From: Eubacterium sp.
Lineage (GTDB): Bacteria > Bacillota > Clostridia > Lachnospirales > Lachnospiraceae
Length of the DNA stretch: 64,000 nucleotides
Reading direction: 5' to 3'
NCBI GenBank assembly: GCA_017472565.1
Contig: JAFUPY010000004.1
Coordinates: 2,739-66,738 of the forward strand
Part shown: in pieces, positions 1 through 9,545 of the stretch
Position numbering within the stretch: position 1 is the stretch's first letter
Layout of the letters: each line of letters begins with the position of its first letter
The notes under the pieces: generated by a model
What the model was told of the DNA's origin: nothing
Database searches by the model: none
What the model saw: the letters and a program-made list of their open reading frames with translations, nothing else
Program-made: the position numbers and the translations under genes

Positions 1-324
1 AAACGCCCGGTTCCAGAGCTGGCATCCAGTAATTTCATGCAGCGTTCTTTCGGCGAGCGAATCGCCATGAACTCTTCAATTCAGGGAACCGCAGCAGACA
101 TTATCAAGATTGCCATGAACCGCGTCCGCGCTCGTCTGCTGGCAGAAGGTTTGCAGTCCAGGCTGATTTTACAGGTGCACGATGAACTTCTTGTGGAAAC
201 CTGTCTGGAAGAAAAAGAACAGGTGCGCAAAATTTTAAATGAGGAAATGCAGGCGGCAGCCACATTGGAAGTTAAATTGGAAACAGATACCAATGAAGGT
301 GACACTTGGTATGATGCACATTAA
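1..324 (+). CDS. polA: DNA polymerase I, C-terminal part (gene starts before the window)
   Basis: Frame open from base 1; family A polymerase motifs ERIAMNSSIQGTAADIIK and LQVHDELL; followed by coaE as in Firmicutes. Confidence 0.97.
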   Translation, partial: KRPVPELASSNFMQRSFGERIAMNSSIQGTAADIIKIAMNRVRARLLAEGLQSRLILQVHDELLVETCLEEKEQVRKILNEEMQAAATLEVKLETDTNEGDTWYDAH

Positions 325-384
325 AAAAGGATAACTGCCTGATGTCATATGGCATCAGGCGTAGCAATAATAGAGGAATAACGC

Positions 385-1080
385 ATGTTATTTATAGGAA
401 TCACCGGCGGTGTTGGCGCCGGCAAATCAGAAATCTTAAACTATTTAAGAACCAGCTACAACAGTAAAGTCATGTTGACAGATGAAATCGCTCACGATGT
501 GATGGAGCCTGGCACAGACTGCTACAACCGGTTAAAAGAAATCTTTGCGACTGAAAAGCTGGCAAAAGATCCGGCGATGAGCCCATTGTTTGCAGAAGAT
601 GCGGGTTTTAGCGTATATAACGAAGATGGTACCTTTCACCGTCCAAATCTGGCAAAGGTCATTTTCTCAGATGATAAAATGCGTGAGGCACTCAATGCTA
701 TCGTTCATCCAGCGGTAAAGCAGTACGTGATTGACCAGTATGAGATAGAGAAAGACGCGAGCGCAGCAAATGACATAAATAAAGCACCACTGGACCTATT
801 GGTGGTGGAATCTGCTCTTTTGATCGATGACAACTATGGCGCCATTTGTGAAGAAATGTGGTACATCTACACCACAGAGGAAAATAGACGCGCCCGTCTG
901 AAGGCTTCCCGTGGATATTCTGATGAAAAGATTCAGAATATCTTTGATAGTCAATTGTCAGAGACAGCTTTCCGTGCAGCTTGTCAGGAAGTGATTGACA
1001 ACAATCAGACACCAGAGGAGGCTTTTGCGCAAATTAAAGAAATTTTGTCTGCAAAGGGCATAAGACAACTCTGTAATTAA
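385..1080 (+). CDS. coaE: Dephospho-CoA kinase
   Basis: N-terminal IGITGGVGAGKS P-loop, LNAIVHP, VIDNN; directly after polA. Confidence 0.95.
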   Translation: MLFIGITGGVGAGKSEILNYLRTSYNSKVMLTDEIAHDVMEPGTDCYNRLKEIFATEKLAKDPAMSPLFAEDAGFSVYNEDGTFHRPNLAKVIFSDDKMREALNAIVHPAVKQYVIDQYEIEKDASAANDINKAPLDLLVVESALLIDDNYGAICEEMWYIYTTEENRRARLKASRGYSDEKIQNIFDSQLSETAFRAACQEVIDNNQTPEEAFAQIKEILSAKGIRQLCN

Positions 1081-1102
1081 AGAAGGAAAATGATAAGAAT
1101 AT

Positions 1103-1900
1103 ATGAAATTATGTAGTATTGCCAGCGGCAGCAGCGGCAACTGTATCTATGCAGGAACAGATACAAGCCACATTCTGATTGATGCTGGTATTAGTGGAAA
1201 GAAAATAGAAGAGGGGCTGCATTCCATTGATCTGAAGGCAGAGGAAATGCAGGGGATTCTAATTACCCACGAACACCTGGATCATATTAAGGGGCTGGGG
1301 GTTCTGGCGAGAAGATATGGGATTCCCATCTATGGAACGGCAGGCACCATTGAATACATGCAAAGTCATGACTGCATCGGTAAGGTGGATGAAAGTCTAT
1401 TTCAGATCATCACGCCAGATGAGGATTTTACCATTGGGGATATGACGATCACGGCCATGTCCACATCTCATGATGCAGCGGACCCGGTGGCTTATGTGAT
1501 AAAGAAACAGCAAAAATCCATGGCGGTTATCACTGACCTTGGTACTTACGATGATTTTCTGGTAGACAAGCTACAGGGTCTCGATGTATTATTGTTGGAA
1601 GCCAATCATGATGTACATATGCTGCAGGCCGGCGCATATCCATATTATTTGAAGCGCCGTATCTTAGGGGACAAGGGGCATCTGTCCAATGAATTGTCCG
1701 GACAGCTTCTTGGCAGACTGCTTCATGACAATTTCAAGCATGTTTTGCTTGGTCATTTAAGTCAGGAAAACAATTTCCCGGAACTGGCTTATGAGACGGT
1801 GAAGCTGGAAGTCACTCTTGGAGACAATCCATACAGAGGCACAGATTTTCCAATTGAGGTGGCAAAACGAGATGAAGTGTCACCACTGATTACGCTGTAA
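1103..1900 (+). CDS. Metallo-beta-lactamase-fold hydrolase, YycJ/WalJ-like
   Basis: SGSSGNC start, THEHLDH, SHDAADP, GHLSN and GHLSQENN motifs. Confidence 0.88.
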   Translation: MKLCSIASGSSGNCIYAGTDTSHILIDAGISGKKIEEGLHSIDLKAEEMQGILITHEHLDHIKGLGVLARRYGIPIYGTAGTIEYMQSHDCIGKVDESLFQIITPDEDFTIGDMTITAMSTSHDAADPVAYVIKKQQKSMAVITDLGTYDDFLVDKLQGLDVLLLEANHDVHMLQAGAYPYYLKRRILGDKGHLSNELSGQLLGRLLHDNFKHVLLGHLSQENNFPELAYETVKLEVTLGDNPYRGTDFPIEVAKRDEVSPLITL

Positions 1901-2002
1901 GATAGGTTAACCTATTTTATATAAAAGGTATTAAAGCAAAAAATGTAAAAGTAAGGGTTACTATAACGAGAGGAGAGCACGTACTGCGTGCGACATGAAA
2001 AC

Positions 2003-2284
2003 ATGGAAAAAGCAAACAAAACAATCATTACTGTAGTAGGCAAAGACACCGTTGGTATTATTGCAAAGGTTTGTACTTACCTTTCTGAAAACCAGATCAA
2101 CGTTCTTGACATTTCCCAGACAATCGTGCAGGGATATTTTAACATGATGATGATCGTTGATATGCAGGCTGCAACCAAACCATTTGCGGATTGCGCAACA
2201 GAGTTAGAATGCTTAGGCGAAGAGATCGGCGTATCTATCAAATGCCAGAGAGAAGAAATCTTCGACATGATGCACCGTATCTAA
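2003..2284 (+). CDS. ACT domain protein (UPF0237 type)
   Basis: IITVVGKDTVGIIAKV...DISQTI...EEIFDMMHRI; paired with the UPF0210 gene. Alternative GTG start at 1988. Confidence 0.9.
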   Translation: MEKANKTIITVVGKDTVGIIAKVCTYLSENQINVLDISQTIVQGYFNMMMIVDMQAATKPFADCATELECLGEEIGVSIKCQREEIFDMMHRI

Positions 2285-2318
2285 GAAAGACTTTTTTGTA
2301 ACAAGGAGTACATAAGCA

Positions 2319-3683
2319 ATGATTAATATGTTTGAAGTTAACGAGACCAATCATATGATTGAGCAGCAGAACCTGGATGTACGTACGATCACACTGGGTA
2401 TCAGCTTAATGGACTGTATCGATGCGGATCTCGGCAGATTAAATGAAAAGATTTACAACAAGATTACCACAGTTGCAAAAGACCTGGTAAAAACAGGGGA
2501 AGAAATCGAAAGAAAGTATTGTATCCCTATCGTAAATAAAAGAATTTCTATCACTCCAATTGCGCTGGTTGGCGCAGCAGCATGTAAAACATCCGCTGAC
2601 TTTGTGACAATTGCAAAGACACTGGATCGTGCAGCAAAAACCGTTGGTGTTAACTTTATCGGTGGTTATTCTGCACTGGTTTCCAAGGGCATGACAAAGG
2701 CCGATGAGCTTTTGATTCGTTCTATTCCAGAAGCATTGTCTTCCACAGATTTGATCTGCAGCTCTATCAACCTTGGTTCCACCAAGACAGGTATCAACAT
2801 GGATGCGGTCAAGCTGATGGGTGAAATCATTGTGGAAACCGCAGAATACACCAAGGACAATGACTCTATTGGATGTGCAAAACTGGTAGTATTCTGCAAT
2901 GCACCAGATGACAACCCATTCATGGCAGGTGCCTTCCACGGCGTGACAGAGGCAGATGCCATCATCAATGTTGGTGTCAGCGGTCCTGGTGTAGTAAAAA
3001 AAGCGTTAGAGCAGGTACGCGGTGAAAACTTTGAAGTTCTCTGCGAAACCATCAAGAAAACAGCTTTCAAGATCACACGAGTTGGTCAGTTGGTTGCAAA
3101 GGAAGCGTCCGAGAGAATGGGCATTCCATTCGGTATTATCGACTTATCCCTGGCTCCAACTCCGGCAGTTGGCGACAGTGTGGCTGAGATTTTAGAGGAA
3201 ATCGGTCTGGAATACGCAGGCGCGCCAGGCACAACAGCAGCACTGGCACTTCTCAATGACCAGGTGAAAAAGGGCGGTATTATGGCATCCTCCTACGTAG
3301 GCGGATTAAGTGGGGCATTTATTCCGGTCAGCGAAGACCAGGGTATGATCGATGCGGTATTAGCGAACGCGCTGACACTGGAAAAATTAGAAGCTATGAC
3401 ATGTGTATGCTCCGTAGGACTTGACATGATCGCAATCCCAGGAGATACCACACCAGCAACCATTTCCGGTATTATCGCAGACGAAATGGCCATCGGCATG
3501 ATCAACCAGAAGACAACCGCCGTTCGTCTCATTCCGGTTATTGGAAAAACCGTAGGAGATCAGGCAGAGTTCGGCGGCTTACTTGGCTATGCGCCAATTA
3601 TGCCAGTGAACAACTATTCCTGCGAAGCATTTATCAAGCGTGGCGGCAGAATCCCTGCTCCGGTACACAGCTTCAAAAACTAA
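2319..3683 (+). CDS. UPF0210/DUF711 (PFL-like) family protein
   Basis: [51 protein letters not shown] end. Confidence 0.92.
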   Translation: MINMFEVNETNHMIEQQNLDVRTITLGISLMDCIDADLGRLNEKIYNKITTVAKDLVKTGEEIERKYCIPIVNKRISITPIALVGAAACKTSADFVTIAKTLDRAAKTVGVNFIGGYSALVSKGMTKADELLIRSIPEALSSTDLICSSINLGSTKTGINMDAVKLMGEIIVETAEYTKDNDSIGCAKLVVFCNAPDDNPFMAGAFHGVTEADAIINVGVSGPGVVKKALEQVRGENFEVLCETIKKTAFKITRVGQLVAKEASERMGIPFGIIDLSLAPTPAVGDSVAEILEEIGLEYAGAPGTTAALALLNDQVKKGGIMASSYVGGLSGAFIPVSEDQGMIDAVLANALTLEKLEAMTCVCSVGLDMIAIPGDTTPATISGIIADEMAIGMINQKTTAVRLIPVIGKTVGDQAEFGGLLGYAPIMPVNNYSCEAFIKRGGRIPAPVHSFKN

Positions 3684-3705
3684 TAGAATCTTAATAAATC
3701 TGTCA

Positions 3706-3734
3706 TTGACAATAAAATGTCAGAGTATTAAAAT
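3706..3734 (+). promoter_or_regulatory. Sigma-A promoter driving the riboswitch leader
   Basis: TTGACA (3706-3711), 17 bp, TAAAAT (3729-3734), just before the riboswitch P1. Confidence 0.8.
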
Positions 3735-3741
3735 AAACCTA

Positions 3742-3832
3742 ACAAAAGGGAGTAGCGGCGTATTTTATACGTTTCGAAGTCGTCATAACGGTGTTTTTAC
3801 ACCCGGTTAGAATGAAACAGCAAGACTTTTGT
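3742..3832 (+). ncRNA. yybP-ykoY manganese riboswitch
   Basis: ACAAAAG-GGAGTAGC...GTCGTCATAACGG...CCGG...AGCAAGA-CTTTTGT has the GGGAGUAGC, CGUCA and AGCAAGAC hallmark segments; P1 ACAAAAG/CTTTTGT; overlapping terminator downstream. Confidence 0.88.
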
Positions 3833-3861
3833 CATACAATGTGTGGCAGAAGTCTTTTTTT
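3822..3861 (+). terminator. Riboswitch expression-platform terminator
   Basis: AAGACTTTTGTCATAC / GTGTGGCAGAAGTCTT stem with G-U pairs and a T-run. The 5' arm overlaps the aptamer P1 3' strand, which is ON-switch logic. Confidence 0.82.
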
Positions 3862-3906
3862 CACATAATGAGATTCCCTGCCATGTAAAAGAAAAGGAGG
3901 TTTTCC

Positions 3907-4074
3907 GTGTTCTGGGATTTTATTATTTTAGCATTGATACTGGTAGGTATCGGTCTGTTCGGCAGAATATTCTTCAATATGGCATTAATCGCAACGATTT
4001 TCATGTTCTTGTTTGCTGGTTTGGTCATTATCATTGCATTTTTCTTTTTGACTATGAGTCTGGCATTGATGTAA
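3907..4074 (+). CDS. Small hydrophobic membrane protein, 55 aa (not in ORF track)
   Basis: AAGGAGG RBS at 3894-3900, GTG start; MFWDFIILALILVGIGLFGRIFFNMALIATIFMFLFAGLVIIIAFFFLTMSLALM; two hydrophobic stretches. Confidence 0.8.
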   Translation: MFWDFIILALILVGIGLFGRIFFNMALIATIFMFLFAGLVIIIAFFFLTMSLALM

Positions 4075-4152
4075 ATTGGCGAATGATTGCTGATGAAGAA
4101 TAGGATATAAAGGTATGAGATTGCTTTTAGGTTAGTTTTTAGAAGGAAAGGA

Positions 4153-6120
4153 GTGTGTGCCGCAAACATTTTAATGGCACACGATAAAGATATGTTTGGT
4201 AGAAAGACAGCAGGAGCGAAGCGTTATCGCAACTGTGAAGTGGATCCGGAAGAGTTTGTAAATGCTGGAAATCAGAAGCAGAAAAAGAAGACAAAGCGTA
4301 TGAAACGGAATAAAAGGGAAAAAACAATGTACCACAAACCGGCACAGGCCAGTGGCTGGAATGGAAAATCTATCTTAATTGCAGCCATTGTGACGGCAGT
4401 GATACTTGCTTTGATCTATTACTTTGGATTGTTTGCCATCAACCTGCATTCCCAGGGCTTTTGGGGCGTGATCATCCTGGGATGCTTCTTGTTCTTTGGC
4501 GTAAAGTCCATTGCATACTGGGCATTTTCCATGACCAAGGGCATCAGCGCCACAGAAGTAGAGTATCAGAATCATAAAAATATGAAGATGTTCTATGTGC
4601 CATTTGCCATCATTGGTATTGTGATCGTGATCTCTATCGCAGGCGCAACCATTTTCAATGCAGGAAGATATGCGTCCATCATGACAGTAGAAGAGGGCGT
4701 GTTTGAAGAGGATCTGGCAGAAACACTGAGTACAGACTCCATCGCGCTGATGGATACGTATTCCGCGCAGATGCTGGGTGACCGTGAGATTGGCTCTCTT
4801 TCCAATGTAGTCAGCCAGTATAACGTATCGGATTCTTACACACAGATTGATAAGAATGGTGCGCCACTGAAGGTAGCAGCCCTTGATTATGCCGGCTTTT
4901 TCAAATGGATCAATAACAAGTCGGAAGGGGTTCCGGGCTATGTTACCGTAAGTCCGGTCAATATGTCTGCGGAATATGTAACAAGCGAAAAAGGTATGAT
5001 TTATGTGCCATCTGCATATCTTGCACAGGATTTGTATCGCCACATTCGATTTGGGTATCCAACGGCGATTTTTGGAAATGTGCATTTTGAGATTGATGAA
5101 GAGGGCAATCCATACTATATTGCCACTGTTTATAAAAAGACCATTGCACTTTTTAATGGGCAGACAGTCAAAGGGGCGATTATCGTAGATCCAACCGATG
5201 GTTCTATGGAATACTATGATGTGGCAGATATCCCACAGTGGGCTGATGTAATCTTTCCAGGAGATCTGCTCTGTACCCAGTATGACTGGTATGGGAAGCT
5301 GTCCAATGGCTTTATCAACAGCGTTATTGGTAAAAAGGGCTGCAAACAGGTAACCCAGTATCTGGGAGATGAAGAGTCTGCAAGTGCATACGATGCGGTA
5401 CCATTGAATGATTATGGCTACATCGTAATGGGTGGAGACGTTTGGATCTATACAGGTGTAACATCTGTCAATGGTGACAGCTCCAACATCGGTTTCCTGC
5501 TGGCAAATGAAAGAACCGGTGAGACACATTATTATCCAGTAGCCGGCGCAGATGAAAAGTCTGCTATGGCAGCGGCAGAAGGGGAAGTGCAGGAAAAGGG
5601 TTATCAGGCAAGTTTCCCATCTCTGATCAATGTGGATGGTCAGCCGACCTATATCATGGTATTGAAGGATGCCAGCGGCCTGGTAAAACTGTATGCAGCG
5701 GTTAACGTGGAGCAGTACAACCTGGTAACAACCGCTACCACACAGGCAGAATGTATCCAGAAGTATCGTACTTTGATTGGTACAGGCGGACTTGAAGATG
5801 GAACTGGCAGTGATGGTTCCCAGAATATAGACCAGAATGCAGGTCAGAATGGAAACCAGAATGCAGGTCAGTCAGGTGTATCCACTCAGGAGCCAATCGT
5901 TGCAACGGATTCTAAAACAATCACCATCAGTGATATCAAGTATATTGACATTGACGGCAACACCTATGTATATCTGATTGATGGTGAACAGAATATTTAC
6001 CGTCAGAAGGTGGCGGACAACGATGCGTTGTTATTCCTGCAAGTGGGAGAAAACTTGAATATTGCTTACAATGGTAAGGAATTGGTATCCTTTGAGGTAG
6101 TTCCAGAGGTTGCCGATTAA
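4153..6120 (+). CDS. Conserved hypothetical membrane-anchored protein (about 3 N-terminal TM helices plus a large extracellular domain)
   Basis: Long ORF with host-like codon usage, hydrophobic N-terminal segments and a G/N/Q-rich linker near the C-terminus. Start uncertain (4153, 4174 or 4327). Confidence 0.8.
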   Translation: MCAANILMAHDKDMFGRKTAGAKRYRNCEVDPEEFVNAGNQKQKKKTKRMKRNKREKTMYHKPAQASGWNGKSILIAAIVTAVILALIYYFGLFAINLHSQGFWGVIILGCFLFFGVKSIAYWAFSMTKGISATEVEYQNHKNMKMFYVPFAIIGIVIVISIAGATIFNAGRYASIMTVEEGVFEEDLAETLSTDSIALMDTYSAQMLGDREIGSLSNVVSQYNVSDSYTQIDKNGAPLKVAALDYAGFFKWINNKSEGVPGYVTVSPVNMSAEYVTSEKGMIYVPSAYLAQDLYRHIRFGYPTAIFGNVHFEIDEEGNPYYIATVYKKTIALFNGQTVKGAIIVDPTDGSMEYYDVADIPQWADVIFPGDLLCTQYDWYGKLSNGFINSVIGKKGCKQVTQYLGDEESASAYDAVPLNDYGYIVMGGDVWIYTGVTSVNGDSSNIGFLLANERTGETHYYPVAGADEKSAMAAAEGEVQEKGYQASFPSLINVDGQPTYIMVLKDASGLVKLYAAVNVEQYNLVTTATTQAECIQKYRTLIGTGGLEDGTGSDGSQNIDQNAGQNGNQNAGQSGVSTQEPIVATDSKTITISDIKYIDIDGNTYVYLIDGEQNIYRQKVADNDALLFLQVGENLNIAYNGKELVSFEVVPEVAD

Positions 6121-6264
6121 ATGAAGTATAGTTTTTATCGGAGAATATCTGTCAAATGAAGGATATAGAAATCTAATTAGTATAACTAATAAAAGTTAGT
6201 AGATAATTTAATGTGGATTATAAGACGGATTCGTTGTAAAAATAAGATTCACATGATAAACTCT

Positions 6265-6294
6265 AAGGTGGAGAACAAGTTTCTCCACCTTTTT
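6265..6294 (+). terminator. Intrinsic terminator-like hairpin upstream of purO
   Basis: AAGGTGGAGAA-caagt-TTCTCCACCTT followed by TTT. Confidence 0.65.
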
Positions 6295-6376
6295 GCATGC
6301 GTAAAGGTCACAAGTGACGCATGGATTTTAGTTAGAGATGAGTGTAAAAAGATATATTTTAAGGAGGATTTTCCCA

Positions 6377-7090
6377 ATGAAGATGATGTCAATCGAAACA
6401 GTATTAAAAGAAAATGCTTACCCAGGCCGTGGTATTATTATTGGTAAAACAAAAGACGCGACCAAGGCAGTGGCTGCTTACTTTATCATGGGCAGAAGCT
6501 CAAACAGCCGCAATCGTGTTTTCGTAGAAGACGGTGAAGGTATCCGTACACAGGCCTTTGATCCATCCAAATTAGAAGATCCAAGTCTGATCATTTACGC
6601 ACCAGTTCGCGTACTTGGAAACAAGACAATCGTAACAAACGGCGATCAGACAGATACTATTTATGAAAATATGGACATGCAGATGACATTTGAACAGTCC
6701 TTAAGATGCAGAGAGTTCGAGCCAGACGGTCCTAACTACACACCAAGAATTTCCGGTATCATGCATATTGAAAATGGCGGATTCAGCTATGCCATGTCTA
6801 TCTTAAAGAGCAACAACGGCAATCCGGAATGCTGCAATCGCTACACATTCGCATATGAAAAACCAGTAGCTGGCGAAGCTCGTTTTATTCATACATATAT
6901 GAACGATGGCAATCCACTGCCAAGCTTTGAAGGCGAACCAGAATTGGTAGATGTTGCAGATGATATCGATACTTACACAGATCTTCTCTGGAATAGCTTA
7001 AACGAAGAAAACAAAGTATCTTTGTTTGTTCGTTATATTGATATCGCAACAGGCGAATACGAAACAAGAATCGTGAATAAAAATCAGTAG
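6377..7090 (+). CDS. purO: IMP cyclohydrolase, stand-alone PurO-like
   Basis: YPGRGII, YFIMGRS, NGDQTD, EPDGPNYTPRISG, IHTY motifs; AAGGAGG RBS before ATG 6377; next to the AICAR transformylase gene. Confidence 0.88.
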   Translation: MKMMSIETVLKENAYPGRGIIIGKTKDATKAVAAYFIMGRSSNSRNRVFVEDGEGIRTQAFDPSKLEDPSLIIYAPVRVLGNKTIVTNGDQTDTIYENMDMQMTFEQSLRCREFEPDGPNYTPRISGIMHIENGGFSYAMSILKSNNGNPECCNRYTFAYEKPVAGEARFIHTYMNDGNPLPSFEGEPELVDVADDIDTYTDLLWNSLNEENKVSLFVRYIDIATGEYETRIVNKNQ

Positions 7091-7199
7091 AAATCTGTTG
7101 GTTAGTACTTAAACAAGATAGATTAGAAATATATATAGATTTCCAGTTTTAGCAGTTGAGTTGTATTGTAAAGAAACGAGTTGTAACGGAGGATTAATA

Positions 7200-8375
7200 A
7201 TGAAAGAATTGGCTTTAAAGTATGGATGTAACCCAAATCAGAAACCATCCAGAATCTATATGAATGAAGGAGAACTTCCAATCAAGATTTTATGCGGCAA
7301 ACCAGGTTATATCAACCTGTTAGATGCGTTCAATGGCTGGCAGTTGGTAAAAGAATTAAAACAGGCGACAGGACTTCCTGCTGCAACTTCTTTTAAACAT
7401 GTTTCCCCAGCCGGCGCTGCAGTAGGTCTGCCACTGACAGATGTGGAAGCAAAAATCTACTGGGTAGACGACCTTGGAGAACTATCTCCACTGGCCTGTG
7501 CCTATGCAAGAGCAAGAGGCGCTGACCGTATGTCATCCTTTGGTGATTTTATTTCTTTGTCCGATGTTTGTGATGCTGATACAGCAAAGCTGATCAAACG
7601 TGAAGTTTCTGATGGTGTAATTGCTCCGGGCTACACAGAGGAAGCGCTTGAAATCTTAAAACAGAAAAAGAATGGCAATTACAATGTGATTGAAATCGAT
7701 CCAGAGTACGTGCCAGATCCGGTAGAACACAAAGAAGTATTTGGCGTTGTATTCGAACAGGGCAGAAATGAACTGAAAATCGATAAAGATATGCTGACAA
7801 ACTTTGTGACAGAAAACAAAGAATTTCCAGAATCTGCACAAATCGACCTTATGATCGCGCTGATTACATTAAAATATACACAGTCCAACTCTGTATGCTA
7901 TGCAAAAGGCGGACAGGCTATTGGTATCGGTGCAGGACAGCAGTCCCGTATTCACTGTACACGTCTGGCAGGACAGAAGGCAGATAACTGGTTCCTTCGT
8001 CAGGCTCCACAGGTTCTGAACCTTCCATTCGTAGATGGTATCAAACGTGCAGATCGTGACAATGCCATCGACCTTTACATCGGTGAAGAATATATGGATG
8101 TACTTGCAGATGGCGCATGGGAACGTATTTTCAAGGAAAAACCACCAGTATTCACGGCAGAAGAAAAACGTGCATGGTTAGATCAGAATAAAGATGTTGC
8201 ACTTGGTTCTGATGCATTCTTCCCATTCGGTGACAATATCGAACGTGCGAAGAAGAGCGGTGTAAAATATATTGCACAGCCAGGCGGCTCTGTTCGTGAT
8301 GACAATGTAATCGAAACCTGTGATAAATACGGCATGGCAATGTGCTTTACAGGAATTCGTCTGTTCCATCACTAA
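7200..8375 (+). CDS. purH: AICAR transformylase (PurH transformylase domain only)
   Basis: LKYGCNPNQ, SFKHVSPAG, KYTQSN, GAGQQSR, SDAFFPF, QPGGSVRD, RLFHH; no N-terminal cyclohydrolase/MGS domain. Confidence 0.93.
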   Translation: MKELALKYGCNPNQKPSRIYMNEGELPIKILCGKPGYINLLDAFNGWQLVKELKQATGLPAATSFKHVSPAGAAVGLPLTDVEAKIYWVDDLGELSPLACAYARARGADRMSSFGDFISLSDVCDADTAKLIKREVSDGVIAPGYTEEALEILKQKKNGNYNVIEIDPEYVPDPVEHKEVFGVVFEQGRNELKIDKDMLTNFVTENKEFPESAQIDLMIALITLKYTQSNSVCYAKGGQAIGIGAGQQSRIHCTRLAGQKADNWFLRQAPQVLNLPFVDGIKRADRDNAIDLYIGEEYMDVLADGAWERIFKEKPPVFTAEEKRAWLDQNKDVALGSDAFFPFGDNIERAKKSGVKYIAQPGGSVRDDNVIETCDKYGMAMCFTGIRLFHH

Positions 8376-8490
8376 GCTGCCATCCCAAAACGGTACATTG
8401 CTGGCACGCTGTTTGGTAAAATGATAAAAAAGTTTGTATTTTGTATACATGAAATATAGTAAAATACAGCCGCTAGTGTTATAATTATGT

Positions 8491-8579
8491 GAGAAAAGCT
8501 TTGTGATTTATCGCAGAGTTTTCATCTAATACTCTATACTATTGAAATAGGAGTCCGAAAGGGCTCCTGTTTCGTTTTT
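8491..8579 (+). ncRNA. Candidate small RNA (~90 nt)
   Basis: Extended -10 TGtTATAAT (8477-8485), 12-bp 5' hairpin (8495-8522), unpaired linker, strong terminator; no ORF. Confidence 0.4.
8544..8579 (+). terminator. Intrinsic terminator
   Basis: GAAATAGGAGTCC-gaaa-GGGCTCCTGTTTC followed by GTTTTT. Confidence 0.8.
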
Positions 8580-8745
8580 CTGCCCTCAATCGGCGTCTGC
8601 TTTGAATGAAACTTTTCTTTACACATATTTAACGTAATTTTTATGGATCGCAGATAGTAGCACACAATTAGATATGATACAATTTAATAAGAGCATGGGG
8701 TTTTTAGCGGGAAAAAGTTTCATTACAATAAAAAAGTCTTTCTTT

Positions 8746-8773
8746 ACCCCAGTTTTTAAAATATTGATTCGTA
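8746..8773 (+). promoter_or_regulatory. SigI-type promoter of sigI (autoregulatory)
   Basis: ACCCC-19 bp-CGTA, matching the sigma-I -35 C-tract and -10 CGWA layout; same layout recurs at 10519. Confidence 0.7.
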
Positions 8774-8798
8774 ATCTATAGACAGTGGAGAAGTATAT

Positions 8799-9515
8799 AT
8801 GAGAGAAGAACATGTAATTGTCCAGCAGATTTTAGAGGCTCAGCAGAATGTGGACGTGGCAGACCGTTTTATCCGGCAATATATGCCATATATCAAGTCT
8901 GAAACAGCAAAGTTTATCAAACGCGTTCCTGTGGAAGGTCATGACGAAGAACTGAATATTGCCATGTTTGCCTTTTACGAGGCCATGCGAGCATATTGTG
9001 CTGATAAGGGTGCATTTCTTCCGTTGGCATCAATGACGATCAAAAATCGTCTCATTGATCACTATCGCAAGGAACAGCGCCATGCAGGGGTGATTTACTA
9101 TGACAAAAACATCAGTGATGAGGATGAAGAAACCACATTTCTTGATGGGCTGGCAAATGAAGTAGATGAATATGAGGCCATGACATTGCGTGAGGCTACC
9201 AAGGATGAGATTGCTCATTTCACATCTGAGTTGGCAGATTTTGGTCTGTGCCTTTCTGATGTGGCAGATAGTTGTCCAAAGCAGGAACGCACCTTACAGT
9301 CCTGTATGAAAGTATTGGCTTATGCCAAATCTCATCCAGAGATTATAGAACTGATGCTGGGGAGCAAAAAGCTTCCGATTACGGCATTGGCACAGGGAGC
9401 TGGCGTGGAAAAGAAGACCTTAGAGCGTCATAGAAAATATGTGCTGGCAATTCTTCTTGCTTTTACCAATGGATTTGAGATTATCCGTGGTCATTTATAT
9501 CAGCTGCAAAAATAG
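8799..9515 (+). CDS. sigI: RNA polymerase sigma-I factor
   Basis: DEELNIAMFAFYEA, KGAFL...IKNRLIDHYRKE, FGLCLSDVADSCPK, KKLPI, KTLERHRKY; followed by rsgI. Confidence 0.9.
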   Translation: MREEHVIVQQILEAQQNVDVADRFIRQYMPYIKSETAKFIKRVPVEGHDEELNIAMFAFYEAMRAYCADKGAFLPLASMTIKNRLIDHYRKEQRHAGVIYYDKNISDEDEETTFLDGLANEVDEYEAMTLREATKDEIAHFTSELADFGLCLSDVADSCPKQERTLQSCMKVLAYAKSHPEIIELMLGSKKLPITALAQGAGVEKKTLERHRKYVLAILLAFTNGFEIIRGHLYQLQK

Positions 9516-9545
9516 GGATTGTTTGACAGTGGAATGGAGAGAACT

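Noticed and set aside
3843-4103. 86-aa ORF from the track downstream of the riboswitch
   Set aside because: It starts inside the terminator with no RBS. The overlapping-frame ORF 3907..4074 has a perfect RBS and a coherent hydrophobic sequence.
4375-5529. Long antisense ORFs (this 384-aa one, also 38526..39266 and 51888..52520)
   Set aside because: They are shadows of well-supported genes on the opposite strand, with no RBS or recognisable motifs.
6200-6376. Possible ZTP or purine riboswitch upstream of purO-purH
   Set aside because: None of the conserved aptamer segments are visible; only a simple terminator-like hairpin.
8402-8416. TGGCACG-CTGT-TTGG resembling a sigma-54 promoter
   Set aside because: The -12 element is GG rather than GC and there is no enhancer motif nearby.
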